Positions 28,875 through 36,919 of a stretch of DNA of 60,724 nucleotides are shown here, one piece after another. How positions within the stretch are numbered: the first letter of the stretch is position 1; each line of letters starts with the position of its first letter. Source of the stretch: an uncultured Alphaproteobacteria bacterium. Lineage in GTDB: Bacteria; Pseudomonadota; Alphaproteobacteria; RF32; CAG-239. The stretch is from the NCBI GenBank assembly GCA_944392865.1, contig CALXYD010000004.1, positions 1-60,724 on the forward strand. The letters run 5' to 3'. The position numbers were made by a program, and so were the translations under genes. Below the pieces are notes generated by a model that was given only the letters and a program-made list of their open reading frames with translations, had not been told where the DNA came from and did no database searches.

Positions 28875-30893
28875 TTATTTTGTTCCGGCTTTTTTTATGT
28901 CTTCAGCCAATCGGGAAAAGTTATCCCGCAGCGTCTTTTCATCGCGGTTTATTTCTGCCAGCACGCTCTTATCCGGCATAACATCTATTGTTGCAATATC
29001 TTGCTTTAGTTTTTCGCCTGCTGCCGAAACTTCTGCGGCAGATATATTTCCGTGAACATAGCCATCGACAACCTTTTCATAATTGTTTATGCCGTCAGCG
29101 ATTTTTTCCTGATATTCCTGATTATAATTGTCTTTTGCCGCTTCGGTTACAGCCAATGCCCGGTCAGATACCCGCTGTTGCTCCTTTTTCAGCTCGATCA
29201 GCCTTGCCGAAAATTCTTTTTTATCTGCCGGGGCAATGTCCTTCGTTTTTGCAATCACTTCTTCCAGGCGGTCAAAAACTTTGAGACTGTCCTGTGCTGT
29301 TTTGTTCAGAGAACGTATGGACGCGTCAAAAGCATCGTTTACCTGCTCTGCAACTTTAAGACTTTCTTCCTTTACGGCATCAAATCCTGCCTGAAGTTCA
29401 TCTTTTACTGCTTCATCCACGACATCGGGGATTTCTTCTTCCTCCTCCTCTTCTTCTACCGGCTCATTACTATTGTTCTCTTGTTCCTGTTCTTGCTTTT
29501 CTTTCTTCTCCTTCTTCTTCGCCTTATAATCATTATATTTATCTTTGGCTTTATTATACCCCTCTTCGGCCTTGTTTGCTCCTTTAACGGCATCGCCTTG
29601 TTTTTTGTCGACGTCTTCTATTGTGTCTCTGATACCGCCGGTATCGATAACATCCATCTCATCAACATCATCCAATGCGCCATCAAGATTTTCTGCAACA
29701 TTGCCTAAGTCTTCGGTAGCTTTATTCAGCTTATCCATAAGGTTACCCGAACCTTCGCCGGTGTATTTATCTTTAAGCTCGTCCCAAAGCCCTTCTTCTT
29801 CAGCTTTGTCCCATTCACCTTTCAGATTATCGGCACCTTCCTTGCCCTTATTGGTCAAATCGGTCAGACGCTCCTGGTTATTGTTAATATCGTTCATTGT
29901 ATCTCTGACTTCGCCGGTATCAACAAGTCCTGTTTCATCAACTTTATCAAGAGCATTGTTTAAGTTGTCAGTTACGCCGCTTAAATCTTCCGACGCGTTA
30001 TTCATCTTATCCAGCCAATTGCCAGACTCTTCGCCGGTATATTTATCTTTAAGCTGATCCCAAAGCTTTTCATCTTCAGCTTTATTCCATTCACCCTTGA
30101 GGTTCTCGGCGCCTTCTTTGCCCTGGTTAGCTAAATCGGTCAAGCCTTCCTGCTTGTTGTTGATATCATTCATTGTATCTCTGATTTCGCTTGTATCTAT
30201 CAATCCCGTCTTATCGGCAGCATCAAGAGCCTTGTTCGCATCATCAACCAAGCCAGAAACTTGTTCGGACTTTTCATTGACCTTATCCCAGAAATCTTTT
30301 TTGGGCTTTTCTTCTTCGGTTTTTTCCTTATCTTCTTCTTTTGCTTTATCTTTTTCTCCGCATTCTTCTCCTTCTTTACATCCTCCTTGGTTTTTATCTA
30401 AGAAATCCTGTGCCTGGTGCGCGCCTTGTTGCGCCGAATCTATGCCAGAGGATACTTGTTTGTTGAGGTCTTCAGCCGTTTCCAATACACCATTTGTCTG
30501 ATTTGCCAAATCGTTTGCCAAACCACTTTGTATATTGTTGGCCTCGTTCAAGGTATCTGTTACACTGCTTAAATCCACATCAACCCCCGGAACAAGATTC
30601 ATTGTGCCTTGAACTTCATTTACGATTGATGTGATATTACCTATACTTTTTTGCAATTCCTGACTGAATTGGTTTATGGTATCAATACTTTCGCCGATGG
30701 CTTTTAATGCACCTTCCAACTGTGCAAGCTGTTCCTTTGCCGCGCTCAAACTATCTACGGTTGTCGTAACATTTTGGACAATCGGTATAATTTCGCCAAA
30801 ATCGAATACCGGCCAAAAAGCGTAAGCCGGCTTGTTCAGAAAAAGCGAAAAGCAACAACAAAGTATAGCAATCTGCCGCTTACATTCTCCCAT
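28875..30893 (-). CDS. Secreted protein with VirB5/TrbJ-like N-terminus and internal 92-aa repeats; paralog of 26588-28801
   Basis: Start re-placed at ATG 30893 (GGGAGGGG RBS, promoter just upstream). Signal ending AYA, then FWPVFD; acidic helical repeats. Confidence 0.65.
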   Translation of the reverse strand: MGECKRQIAILCCCFSLFLNKPAYAFWPVFDFGEIIPIVQNVTTTVDSLSAAKEQLAQLEGALKAIGESIDTINQFSQELQKSIGNITSIVNEVQGTMNLVPGVDVDLSSVTDTLNEANNIQSGLANDLANQTNGVLETAEDLNKQVSSGIDSAQQGAHQAQDFLDKNQGGCKEGEECGEKDKAKEEDKEKTEEEKPKKDFWDKVNEKSEQVSGLVDDANKALDAADKTGLIDTSEIRDTMNDINNKQEGLTDLANQGKEGAENLKGEWNKAEDEKLWDQLKDKYTGEESGNWLDKMNNASEDLSGVTDNLNNALDKVDETGLVDTGEVRDTMNDINNNQERLTDLTNKGKEGADNLKGEWDKAEEEGLWDELKDKYTGEGSGNLMDKLNKATEDLGNVAENLDGALDDVDEMDVIDTGGIRDTIEDVDKKQGDAVKGANKAEEGYNKAKDKYNDYKAKKKEKKEKQEQEQENNSNEPVEEEEEEEEIPDVVDEAVKDELQAGFDAVKEESLKVAEQVNDAFDASIRSLNKTAQDSLKVFDRLEEVIAKTKDIAPADKKEFSARLIELKKEQQRVSDRALAVTEAAKDNYNQEYQEKIADGINNYEKVVDGYVHGNISAAEVSAAGEKLKQDIATIDVMPDKSVLAEINRDEKTLRDNFSRLAEDIKKAGTK
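29520..30300 (-). repeat. Intragenic tandem repeat, ~3 copies of 276 bp (92 aa)
   Basis: TATTTATCTTTAAGCT at 29764 and 30040, 276 bp apart. Peptides RDTMNDINN and LKDKYTGE each occur twice; the third copy is diverged. Boundaries approximate. Confidence 0.88.
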
Positions 30894-30927
30894 AATACCC
30901 CTCCCAGTCAATAATATATTTTGGTGG

Positions 30928-30956
30928 ATTATAGCACGTATTTCCTTTTTTGTCAA
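30928..30956 (-). promoter_or_regulatory. Perfect-consensus sigma70 promoter upstream of the VirB5-like gene array
   Basis: Minus strand TTGACA (30956-30951), 17-nt spacer, TATAAT (30933-30928), preceded by the extended -10 TG. Confidence 0.85.
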
Positions 30957-30961
30957 CAAAA

Positions 30962-33415
30962 TTATGCTCCCATACCATCCAGATACTTCGTTACAAAGCC
31001 ATCTTCACCAAATTCTTTAACAAGACTTTCAACTAACAACACGTTTTTAATACCGGAATTATATAATTTCAGATATGGCCCAAGACCACTTAAATTTACA
31101 TCCAGGATAACGGACTCGCCTTCGCCGTTTTCGCCGGCATCCGGCCTCTTCAGCAAAATGGCATACGGGCAATCACGGTATGACTTGCCGCTGATGAAAT
31201 CATATTCGCTGTCGGTTAAGTTCCATTTGGCATAAGATTCCGGCGTTGCCTGCGTATTGCGGAAAAATATCATTGTTTTACATTGACCACGGACAGCGTC
31301 GCCAACGCCCAGCTCGTCAACAATATTCGGCTGTTGAAACGCACAGAGGTAGGCCTGGCGCTTTTTACGCCCTTCTTGCAAACCCTTGATAAAATTATCC
31401 CGGAACATTTCATGCTTTAACATCGGCGCCGTTTCATCAATCATAATCAGTGCCGGAGAACCGGTTTCCGTGCTTTCGGACTGAATACGGTGCATAATGT
31501 AGCTAATAGAGGCCGCTGCCAGTGTGTCATCGTCAAAAATTTCCGTAAAATCAAAAGCAACGAAACGATTTGAGCTTAAATCCAAGCTGTCGTGTTCGGC
31601 ATTAAAAATATTGCCGTATTGGTCAGGGTTAATCCAACGATACAGTTCGCGGCGCATTGTCCCGGTCGGTGAAAAACAGCTTTTATACAGATTTTTCAAC
31701 ACTCTTTCTTCCGGGCGCAGATAATCAAACGCCGTGGTTACGGCACGGGCGGCCTCACGCTCCGATAGCGCGTCGGTTGCCATGGTAATTGATTTCAGCC
31801 AATTGCGGAGAAAAGCACGGTTGCTCATGCTGTCACGCGTATCAAACGGATTTAAGGAAACGTTTTTACGGTCGCCGCTAAATCCGACATAAGCTCCCTT
31901 TACCATGTGGGTAAAGATTTCAGCACCACGGTGGCGGTCAAAGAAATATACGCGCAAATCGCCATGCCGCATTGCCTGCCCGGCAAGAAACGTCAGCAAA
32001 GTCGTTTTACCTTGTCCGGTCGGTCCGACAATGCAACAGTGCGCCACCGCCGATTCTGCCGCGGATATATGAAACTGGAAACGATACGGCGAACCGCTCA
32101 TCGTGCGGAAAACCGTAATTGCCCCCTCGCCCCAGTCGCTTCGGGGCAGACCGGTTGACAGTTGCTCAAACGAAACCGCGAGAGAAACAACGCGCGACAG
32201 ATAAAAGTATGTCCGCCCGCAAACATCATATCCCGGAAACTGGTTAAAGAATGTCGCCTGGGCAATCCAGTTTTCACGCACCGGCGTAACACTGAATAAA
32301 CGGCAAATACGCTGAATTTCACTTTCGCCAAACTCAATTTCTTTTATCGTATCCCCTTTGAGAATAAAACTCATTGAGTATTCAACCAAAGACTGGTGGT
32401 CGGCGTCGCTGTCTTCTATGGCGGCAAGCGCTTCGCTGTATTGAGATACAACATCTGATGAAAAACTGGTTACTTCCGACATTTTTTGCTGTTGCACCAA
32501 TATCATCCGGGCTTTAGGCTTAAACAACGGATGAACGTTATGCAAAACCGTCATTTCACAGTCTATCGCCAAAAGGGAAGATATCATACTTTCATCCATA
32601 TAATCGCCGGAATTGCGTATACCCATTGTTAAAGCAAATTTTTCCTTGCCGCCGGAGAAAAATTTGATAATGCCTTCCTCGCCGGTGAAATGTATGCCAT
32701 CAGCGGTTAAAAGTTCTTTCAGTTGGTAGCCTTGGGCGTTGTGAGCCTTAGGTTTTGGACGGCTAATCGGATTTAAGACGCGGACAAACGGATAAATCGG
32801 GCTCATTTCCGCCGGGCTTTCATCATCTTCAAACATTACTTTGATACCGTAATCGTTTAAGTTCGCAACGACTGATTGCGAAGCGTAGTTCAAATCTTTT
32901 ACGGCATCTTTTTTATCTTCTATGGATAAAACGATATAATGGTCATTTTTATAAACACGGCTCAGGCTTTCACGCCATTTATCATCAACTATTTTCAACC
33001 ATTTGTTGCCAAAATCCGCCTTGTTTTGTTCCATCGGGACGCGGTCGCGAATAGTTATAACCCGACAAGTTATTTGCAGGTCGGCCATATTGTCCAGCCA
33101 GGCCTTGCGCGCTTCAAACATAGATAACACGGTTTCTTCGCGCGCAGAAGTCAAATCCACTCCTTCAACTTTGAACACGCGCACATAAGAACCGTTTGTG
33201 CACCTCAGGGTTGAGCCGTCCGAAAGCAGACTGTCAAACGGAAGAAAGTCGGCAACGCGCGATTCACTCGGTTGCGGCAACACCCAAGTTCCGACTTTTG
33301 AAACAAGAGAAACAGCAATGGCAGCCGCAGCTATAATTCCCAAAATAGCAACGACCGTGTCCGCACTTTGCAGACCCGCCATAAACAATGTATAAAAATC
33401 AAAATTAAGGTTCAA
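30962..33415 (-). CDS. virB4: VirB4 type IV secretion ATPase
   Basis: 817 aa; Walker A GPTGQGKT, FFDRHRGAEIF, SLNPF, Walker B IMIDE, GRKK, FQQP; overlaps virB3 by 11 bp. Confidence 0.93.
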   Translation of the reverse strand: MNLNFDFYTLFMAGLQSADTVVAILGIIAAAAIAVSLVSKVGTWVLPQPSESRVADFLPFDSLLSDGSTLRCTNGSYVRVFKVEGVDLTSAREETVLSMFEARKAWLDNMADLQITCRVITIRDRVPMEQNKADFGNKWLKIVDDKWRESLSRVYKNDHYIVLSIEDKKDAVKDLNYASQSVVANLNDYGIKVMFEDDESPAEMSPIYPFVRVLNPISRPKPKAHNAQGYQLKELLTADGIHFTGEEGIIKFFSGGKEKFALTMGIRNSGDYMDESMISSLLAIDCEMTVLHNVHPLFKPKARMILVQQQKMSEVTSFSSDVVSQYSEALAAIEDSDADHQSLVEYSMSFILKGDTIKEIEFGESEIQRICRLFSVTPVRENWIAQATFFNQFPGYDVCGRTYFYLSRVVSLAVSFEQLSTGLPRSDWGEGAITVFRTMSGSPYRFQFHISAAESAVAHCCIVGPTGQGKTTLLTFLAGQAMRHGDLRVYFFDRHRGAEIFTHMVKGAYVGFSGDRKNVSLNPFDTRDSMSNRAFLRNWLKSITMATDALSEREAARAVTTAFDYLRPEERVLKNLYKSCFSPTGTMRRELYRWINPDQYGNIFNAEHDSLDLSSNRFVAFDFTEIFDDDTLAAASISYIMHRIQSESTETGSPALIMIDETAPMLKHEMFRDNFIKGLQEGRKKRQAYLCAFQQPNIVDELGVGDAVRGQCKTMIFFRNTQATPESYAKWNLTDSEYDFISGKSYRDCPYAILLKRPDAGENGEGESVILDVNLSGLGPYLKLYNSGIKNVLLVESLVKEFGEDGFVTKYLDGMGA

Positions 33416-33695
33416 ATTTGTGCCCTTTCACCTTATACAAATTTTTCGGAACGACATTTGTCAACCCGAAAGCCTGTATCATTCCGGATAAGTGAGGGTC
33501 TTTGGCGCCCAAAGCAATAACTATCAAGTGTCCGATTACTATACTGATAATGAAAATCAGCGGGTTGACGTTCGCTATTCCTATCGCCATAAACATAAAC
33601 GGTATCTGCAAGCCGGCATTCAGCGCTGTCGGCAAGACCGGCCCCCAAAATAATTTCGGAGGATTGGCGACTGCTTTCAGTATCATATCTCTCAT
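33405..33695 (-). CDS. virB3: VirB3 inner-membrane protein
   Basis: 96 aa; KAVANPPKLFWGP, two hydrophobic segments, KDP motif; directly upstream of virB4. Confidence 0.85.
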   Translation of the reverse strand: MRDMILKAVANPPKLFWGPVLPTALNAGLQIPFMFMAIGIANVNPLIFIISIVIGHLIVIALGAKDPHLSGMIQAFGLTNVVPKNLYKVKGHKFEP

Positions 33696-33806
33696 AAGAC
33701 CTGCTCCTTTTACCCTTACGGTGATTCTAAGCCGGCAAATCTTACAAAATTATTAAATTCAGCTATTTTTTATTATGATAATAAGATTAAAATAACCGGC
33801 GGACGT

Positions 33807-34178
33807 TTAACTTCCCAAACTGCTATGCGAAACATCCTTCATGTAAGTATCACCAAATTTTGACTCTAAATGCGCATGACTGCCGGAAAAATAGTCTATA
33901 ATAGCGCCGGTAGCCGACAACATAAACAGACTGATGAAAATATATCCCAAATGTTTGAAATTGATTTTGCCGCTGATGGCCAAAAACGTAAACATTATTA
34001 TACCAAAACAAGAGATAACATAGGCCAGCACGCGTAACTGTATCGCAAATGCTGACGTTTTATCTCTCAGCGCTTTAAACACACCGCCCTCTTCATCTGC
34101 CAACGCCGTATTGCAAAACATTATCGTAAAAACAATGCATAAAAGGCTTAAAACAAGTATTTTTTTATTCCTGTTCAT
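33807..34178 (-). CDS. virB2: VirB2/TrbC-like pilin (copy 3)
   Basis: Signal ending ALA, two hydrophobic helices joined by GKINFKHL; AGGAGG RBS; upstream of virB3. Confidence 0.75.
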   Translation of the reverse strand: MNRNKKILVLSLLCIVFTIMFCNTALADEEGGVFKALRDKTSAFAIQLRVLAYVISCFGIIMFTFLAISGKINFKHLGYIFISLFMLSATGAIIDYFSGSHAHLESKFGDTYMKDVSHSSLGS

Positions 34179-34187
34179 TTTTTCCTC

Positions 34188-34517
34188 CTATGCCCCAGTC
34201 ATTACGTTATTCGGAATTGCACTGGCGGCACTTTCATCCGTAAACATCGCAACAAAGCCGGCGCAGAGGCTGATAACAACCAAGCCGATAATTATGGCGG
34301 TCAGCCATTTCCAGTTAATGTTGCCAAAAAAACCGCCGATACATACGGCTATAATACCAACCGCGGAAGCCGGATAGATAATTTCACGCAGACCTTCAAA
34401 AATTTTATTGCCGGCCTTTGTCAAATCGCCAAAAGCTCCGGCTGCAAACGAAGATGTCGGTATAAGCATTACCGCAATAACAAGCATCAACCGTATATAT
34501 GTTGCATATTTTACCAT
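34188..34517 (-). CDS. virB2: VirB2/TrbC-like pilin (copy 2)
   Basis: Signal ending SFA, two hydrophobic helices joined by GNINWKWL; GGAGG RBS. Confidence 0.8.
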   Translation of the reverse strand: MVKYATYIRLMLVIAVMLIPTSSFAAGAFGDLTKAGNKIFEGLREIIYPASAVGIIAVCIGGFFGNINWKWLTAIIIGLVVISLCAGFVAMFTDESAASAIPNNVMTGA

Positions 34518-34547
34518 AATGAGGCCTCCCTCCCGATTATTATAGGC

Positions 34548-34556
34548 ATTATAGCA
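34548..34556 (-). promoter_or_regulatory. Extended -10 element upstream of virB2 copies 2 and 3
   Basis: Minus strand TGCTATAAT about 30 bp above the start codon; no good -35. Confidence 0.5.
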
Positions 34557-34690
34557 TAAATATCAAAAAAATTCCAGCAAAAAAGACACTGTGACTATTC
34601 GCCTATTACATTGTTTTTACTTTATTTATTTTCCTGTAACAAAAATTTCACACTTTGAGTTATTTTACGCATATTTTTCTTATCGGATAT

Positions 34691-34721
34691 AAAAAGAGCG
34701 CCGCTAAGCGACGCTCTTTTT
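34691..34721 (-). terminator. Intrinsic terminator after virB2 copy 1
   Basis: AAAAAGAGCG-CCGC-TAA-GCGA-CGCTCTTTTT inverted repeat with A/T tracts on both sides, 16 bp past the stop codon. Confidence 0.85.
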
Positions 34722-34737
34722 ATTGTTTATTTTTTTA

Positions 34738-35094
34738 TTAGATACCGGTACCGGAGTTACCGAACGAGTCATTCATTGACGTGGAGCTGATGTTACCACC
34801 GGTTGCGTAGTTAACAACAGCACCGGCAGCGGCCAGAATAGCCAAGCCGACGGCAAGACCCGCAAACCACGTCCATTTTACTTTTCCGAAAATGGCCTGG
34901 AACGCGATACCAATCAAACCGAAAGCGCCAACCACGAAAATTATGACTTTAACGTTGGTGAACAACAGCAAAGCTTTATTCAAAGCCAGCTGCATAACAC
35001 TTTCCCCTGCTGCAGCAAACGACGCTGACGCAAATACGACCGTAAATACGAGCACCCAAGAGCACAGCGCCATCATTTTCTTTAAGTTTTTCAT
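34738..35094 (-). CDS. virB2: VirB2/TrbC-like pilin (copy 1, probable major pilin)
   Basis: Start re-placed at ATG 35094 (AGGAGA RBS). Signal peptide, then two hydrophobic helices joined by GKVKWTWF. Has its own promoter and terminator. Confidence 0.8.
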   Translation of the reverse strand: MKNLKKMMALCSWVLVFTVVFASASFAAAGESVMQLALNKALLLFTNVKVIIFVVGAFGLIGIAFQAIFGKVKWTWFAGLAVGLAILAAAGAVVNYATGGNISSTSMNDSFGNSGTGI

Positions 35095-35125
35095 ATCAAT
35101 TCTCCTAAATTCATTATACATTATT

Positions 35126-35154
35126 ACTTTACCCCAAAAATGAAAAAATTTCAA
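35126..35154 (-). promoter_or_regulatory. Putative sigma70 promoter of virB2 copy 1
   Basis: Minus strand TTGAAA-N17-TAAAGT. Confidence 0.5.
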
Positions 35155-35316
35155 GCTTTTTAATCGCCTCATACAATCAGACAAATGATTGTTTTTAATA
35201 TTTTTTTACACCCTGTAACAAAACTTTCACACTCACATTTTGCCGATTTTCGGGCTTTTGAGAGCTCAAGAATCCCTTTTGACGCGATTTTGTTGTTATT
35301 AGTTACATAAATGTAC

Positions 35317-35354
35317 TTGCTAATGATTCTAAACAATGTTTAAAATACAGTTAA
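35317..35354 (+). promoter_or_regulatory. Putative promoter overlapped by a CtrA-like box
   Basis: TTGCTA-N18-TAAAAT (35317-35346) and TTAA-AATACAG-TTAA (35340-35354). The region is AT-rich, so a chance match is possible. Confidence 0.45.
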
Positions 35355-35402
35355 TATTTTTAAATGCGGCTGATTATTTGCAGATTAGGAAGCGAATTAC
35401 CT

Positions 35403-36806
35403 ATGAAAGGTATGGCAAATTTTGTTATAGGCTTTGGCCTTTCTTTGCTTAGCGTGTCGGTAGCGGGACAGCTATATTCGTCGTCATCGCAAAGTTCGTT
35501 TCGCCCCAATATTCGCCACAATATAAAGATTGACTTGTTCAAACCCAGTGACCGTGTTGCGCCGCTTAACGACAATCTTGTTATTGCCGAAGTTAAGAAA
35601 GAAACACTTTTCGCTTCCGCGCCAACCGTGTCTACGCCTAATTCCAACATTTTCGCAGCGTTCCCCCCGGCTGAAGCCGATATTTTGGACGATACGGGTC
35701 TGCAAGGATTGGAAATTGCCTATTCGCCGGAACAGAATATTGACGGGGCAGATGACGCAGAAATATTGAGCATCAATATTGATGACGATATTATTCCCAT
35801 TGATTACGAAACCGCCAGCAACAACGATTTTGGCATTGAAATAGCGCAAAGCGACGATGACAACAAAGTGGCCATGTTACCAACACATCCGCTTGCGGAA
35901 GAAGAGACTTTTGCGGCCGACAACCCCTGGGTTGTAGCAAGGGGCAGCAAGCATATTGACAATAAGAAGCTACTTGAAAAATATCAAGACAATGAACCTG
36001 AGGATTTGTTTACCGATAACGCTCAAAAAATTGCGGAAACCGATGAAAACATCTCGTATAAAGTTGCAGAGAGAATTAAACAGAGCATTATATTCCCCAT
36101 TCCCGATGAGATATTAAATGATGAAAATCTGACGCCGACATTTATTTCCGACGTCTCAGCAACAAAAAAAGACACAAGCAAAAAGAATGCGCGCGCCAAA
36201 GCCGCTCCTACCCAAAAAGAAAAAAATATTATAAGCACAGAAAACAGCGAGTTAAAGGTTTTACCAAAAAAGCCGGTAGCAAAAGCAGAGGAAAAGAAAG
36301 AATCCGGTTTTCTTAACAGTATTTCTTCCTGGTTTACCGATAAGAAAGAAACACAGCAGCCAGACAAACCCAGAAACAAACCAAAAAAAGCCGCATCCTA
36401 CAGCAGCCAGGGAGAAACTCCGCAACCGCAGACAAACAACTCCAGCAACGATGCTTTAGTCAGCTTTTATGAAACATTACAACAAACAAAAGAAGAACAA
36501 GCGAAGCGGAAGATTGTTCCTTCAGAGCTTAAACTTTCTTTCCAACCGGGGAGAGCGGAAATTTCCGGCCAGACATTGCGCTGGTTAAAAGCTTTCTCCG
36601 AAAAAGCGCAGGAGGACGCCTCCTATCTGCAAATCCGTTTAGATGCGACTGCGTCTATTGAATTGCAGAAAAAGAGACTCAACCTTCTGTATACTATTTT
36701 TATGAATAACGGCGTTGATCCCAAGAAAATAGACACAGTCTTTTCTTTGACGGAACCCAACGCTTTTGTTATCCGGACTTTACAACTGAAAAAGCGCACG
36801 CGATAG
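35403..36806 (+). CDS. Exported/anchored protein with long acidic-disordered linker and C-terminal degenerate OmpA-C-like domain
   Basis: Hydrophobic N-terminus from the probable ATG at 35403. C-terminus LSFQPGRAEIS..LRWLKAF..LQIR..ELQKKRLNLLYTIFMNNGVDPKKI follows the OmpA_C pattern but lacks the GHTD motif. Confidence 0.55.
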   Translation: MKGMANFVIGFGLSLLSVSVAGQLYSSSSQSSFRPNIRHNIKIDLFKPSDRVAPLNDNLVIAEVKKETLFASAPTVSTPNSNIFAAFPPAEADILDDTGLQGLEIAYSPEQNIDGADDAEILSINIDDDIIPIDYETASNNDFGIEIAQSDDDNKVAMLPTHPLAEEETFAADNPWVVARGSKHIDNKKLLEKYQDNEPEDLFTDNAQKIAETDENISYKVAERIKQSIIFPIPDEILNDENLTPTFISDVSATKKDTSKKNARAKAAPTQKEKNIISTENSELKVLPKKPVAKAEEKKESGFLNSISSWFTDKKETQQPDKPRNKPKKAASYSSQGETPQPQTNNSSNDALVSFYETLQQTKEEQAKRKIVPSELKLSFQPGRAEISGQTLRWLKAFSEKAQEDASYLQIRLDATASIELQKKRLNLLYTIFMNNGVDPKKIDTVFSLTEPNAFVIRTLQLKKRTR

Positions 36807-36856
36807 ACCGTATTTTCCGATAACAAATAAAACGTCTTATAAATAAAGCGTTAAGC

Positions 36857-36904
36857 TTGATAAATAAAAATTTAATATTTATGGTAGAGTTAAGAGTGGG
36901 TTAA
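36857..36904 (+). promoter_or_regulatory. Putative pil operon promoter with full-consensus CtrA-like box
   Basis: TTGATA-N17-TATGGT (36857-36885) followed by GTTAA-GAGTGGG-TTAA (36889-36904), which reads TTAA-N7-TTAAC on the minus strand. Confidence 0.55.
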
Positions 36905-36919
36905 ACAGTAGGTTACATT

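Noticed and set aside
29430-29525. Poly-Glu and Lys/Glu-rich simple sequence
   Set aside because: Mixed codons forming a low-complexity linker, not a pure microsatellite.
18972-30893. The five genes as VirB6 paralogs, by analogy with Rickettsia rvhB6a-e
   Set aside because: None has a multi-pass hydrophobic core; each has only an N-terminal signal peptide.
35095-35184. Longer upstream starts from the ORF track (virB2 copy 1; likewise 15003, 30959, 38001, 45281, 49051, 51770, 52338)
   Set aside because: Downstream starts have better RBS, signal-peptide placement or stop/start coupling, and some extensions run through promoter-like sequence or neighbouring genes.
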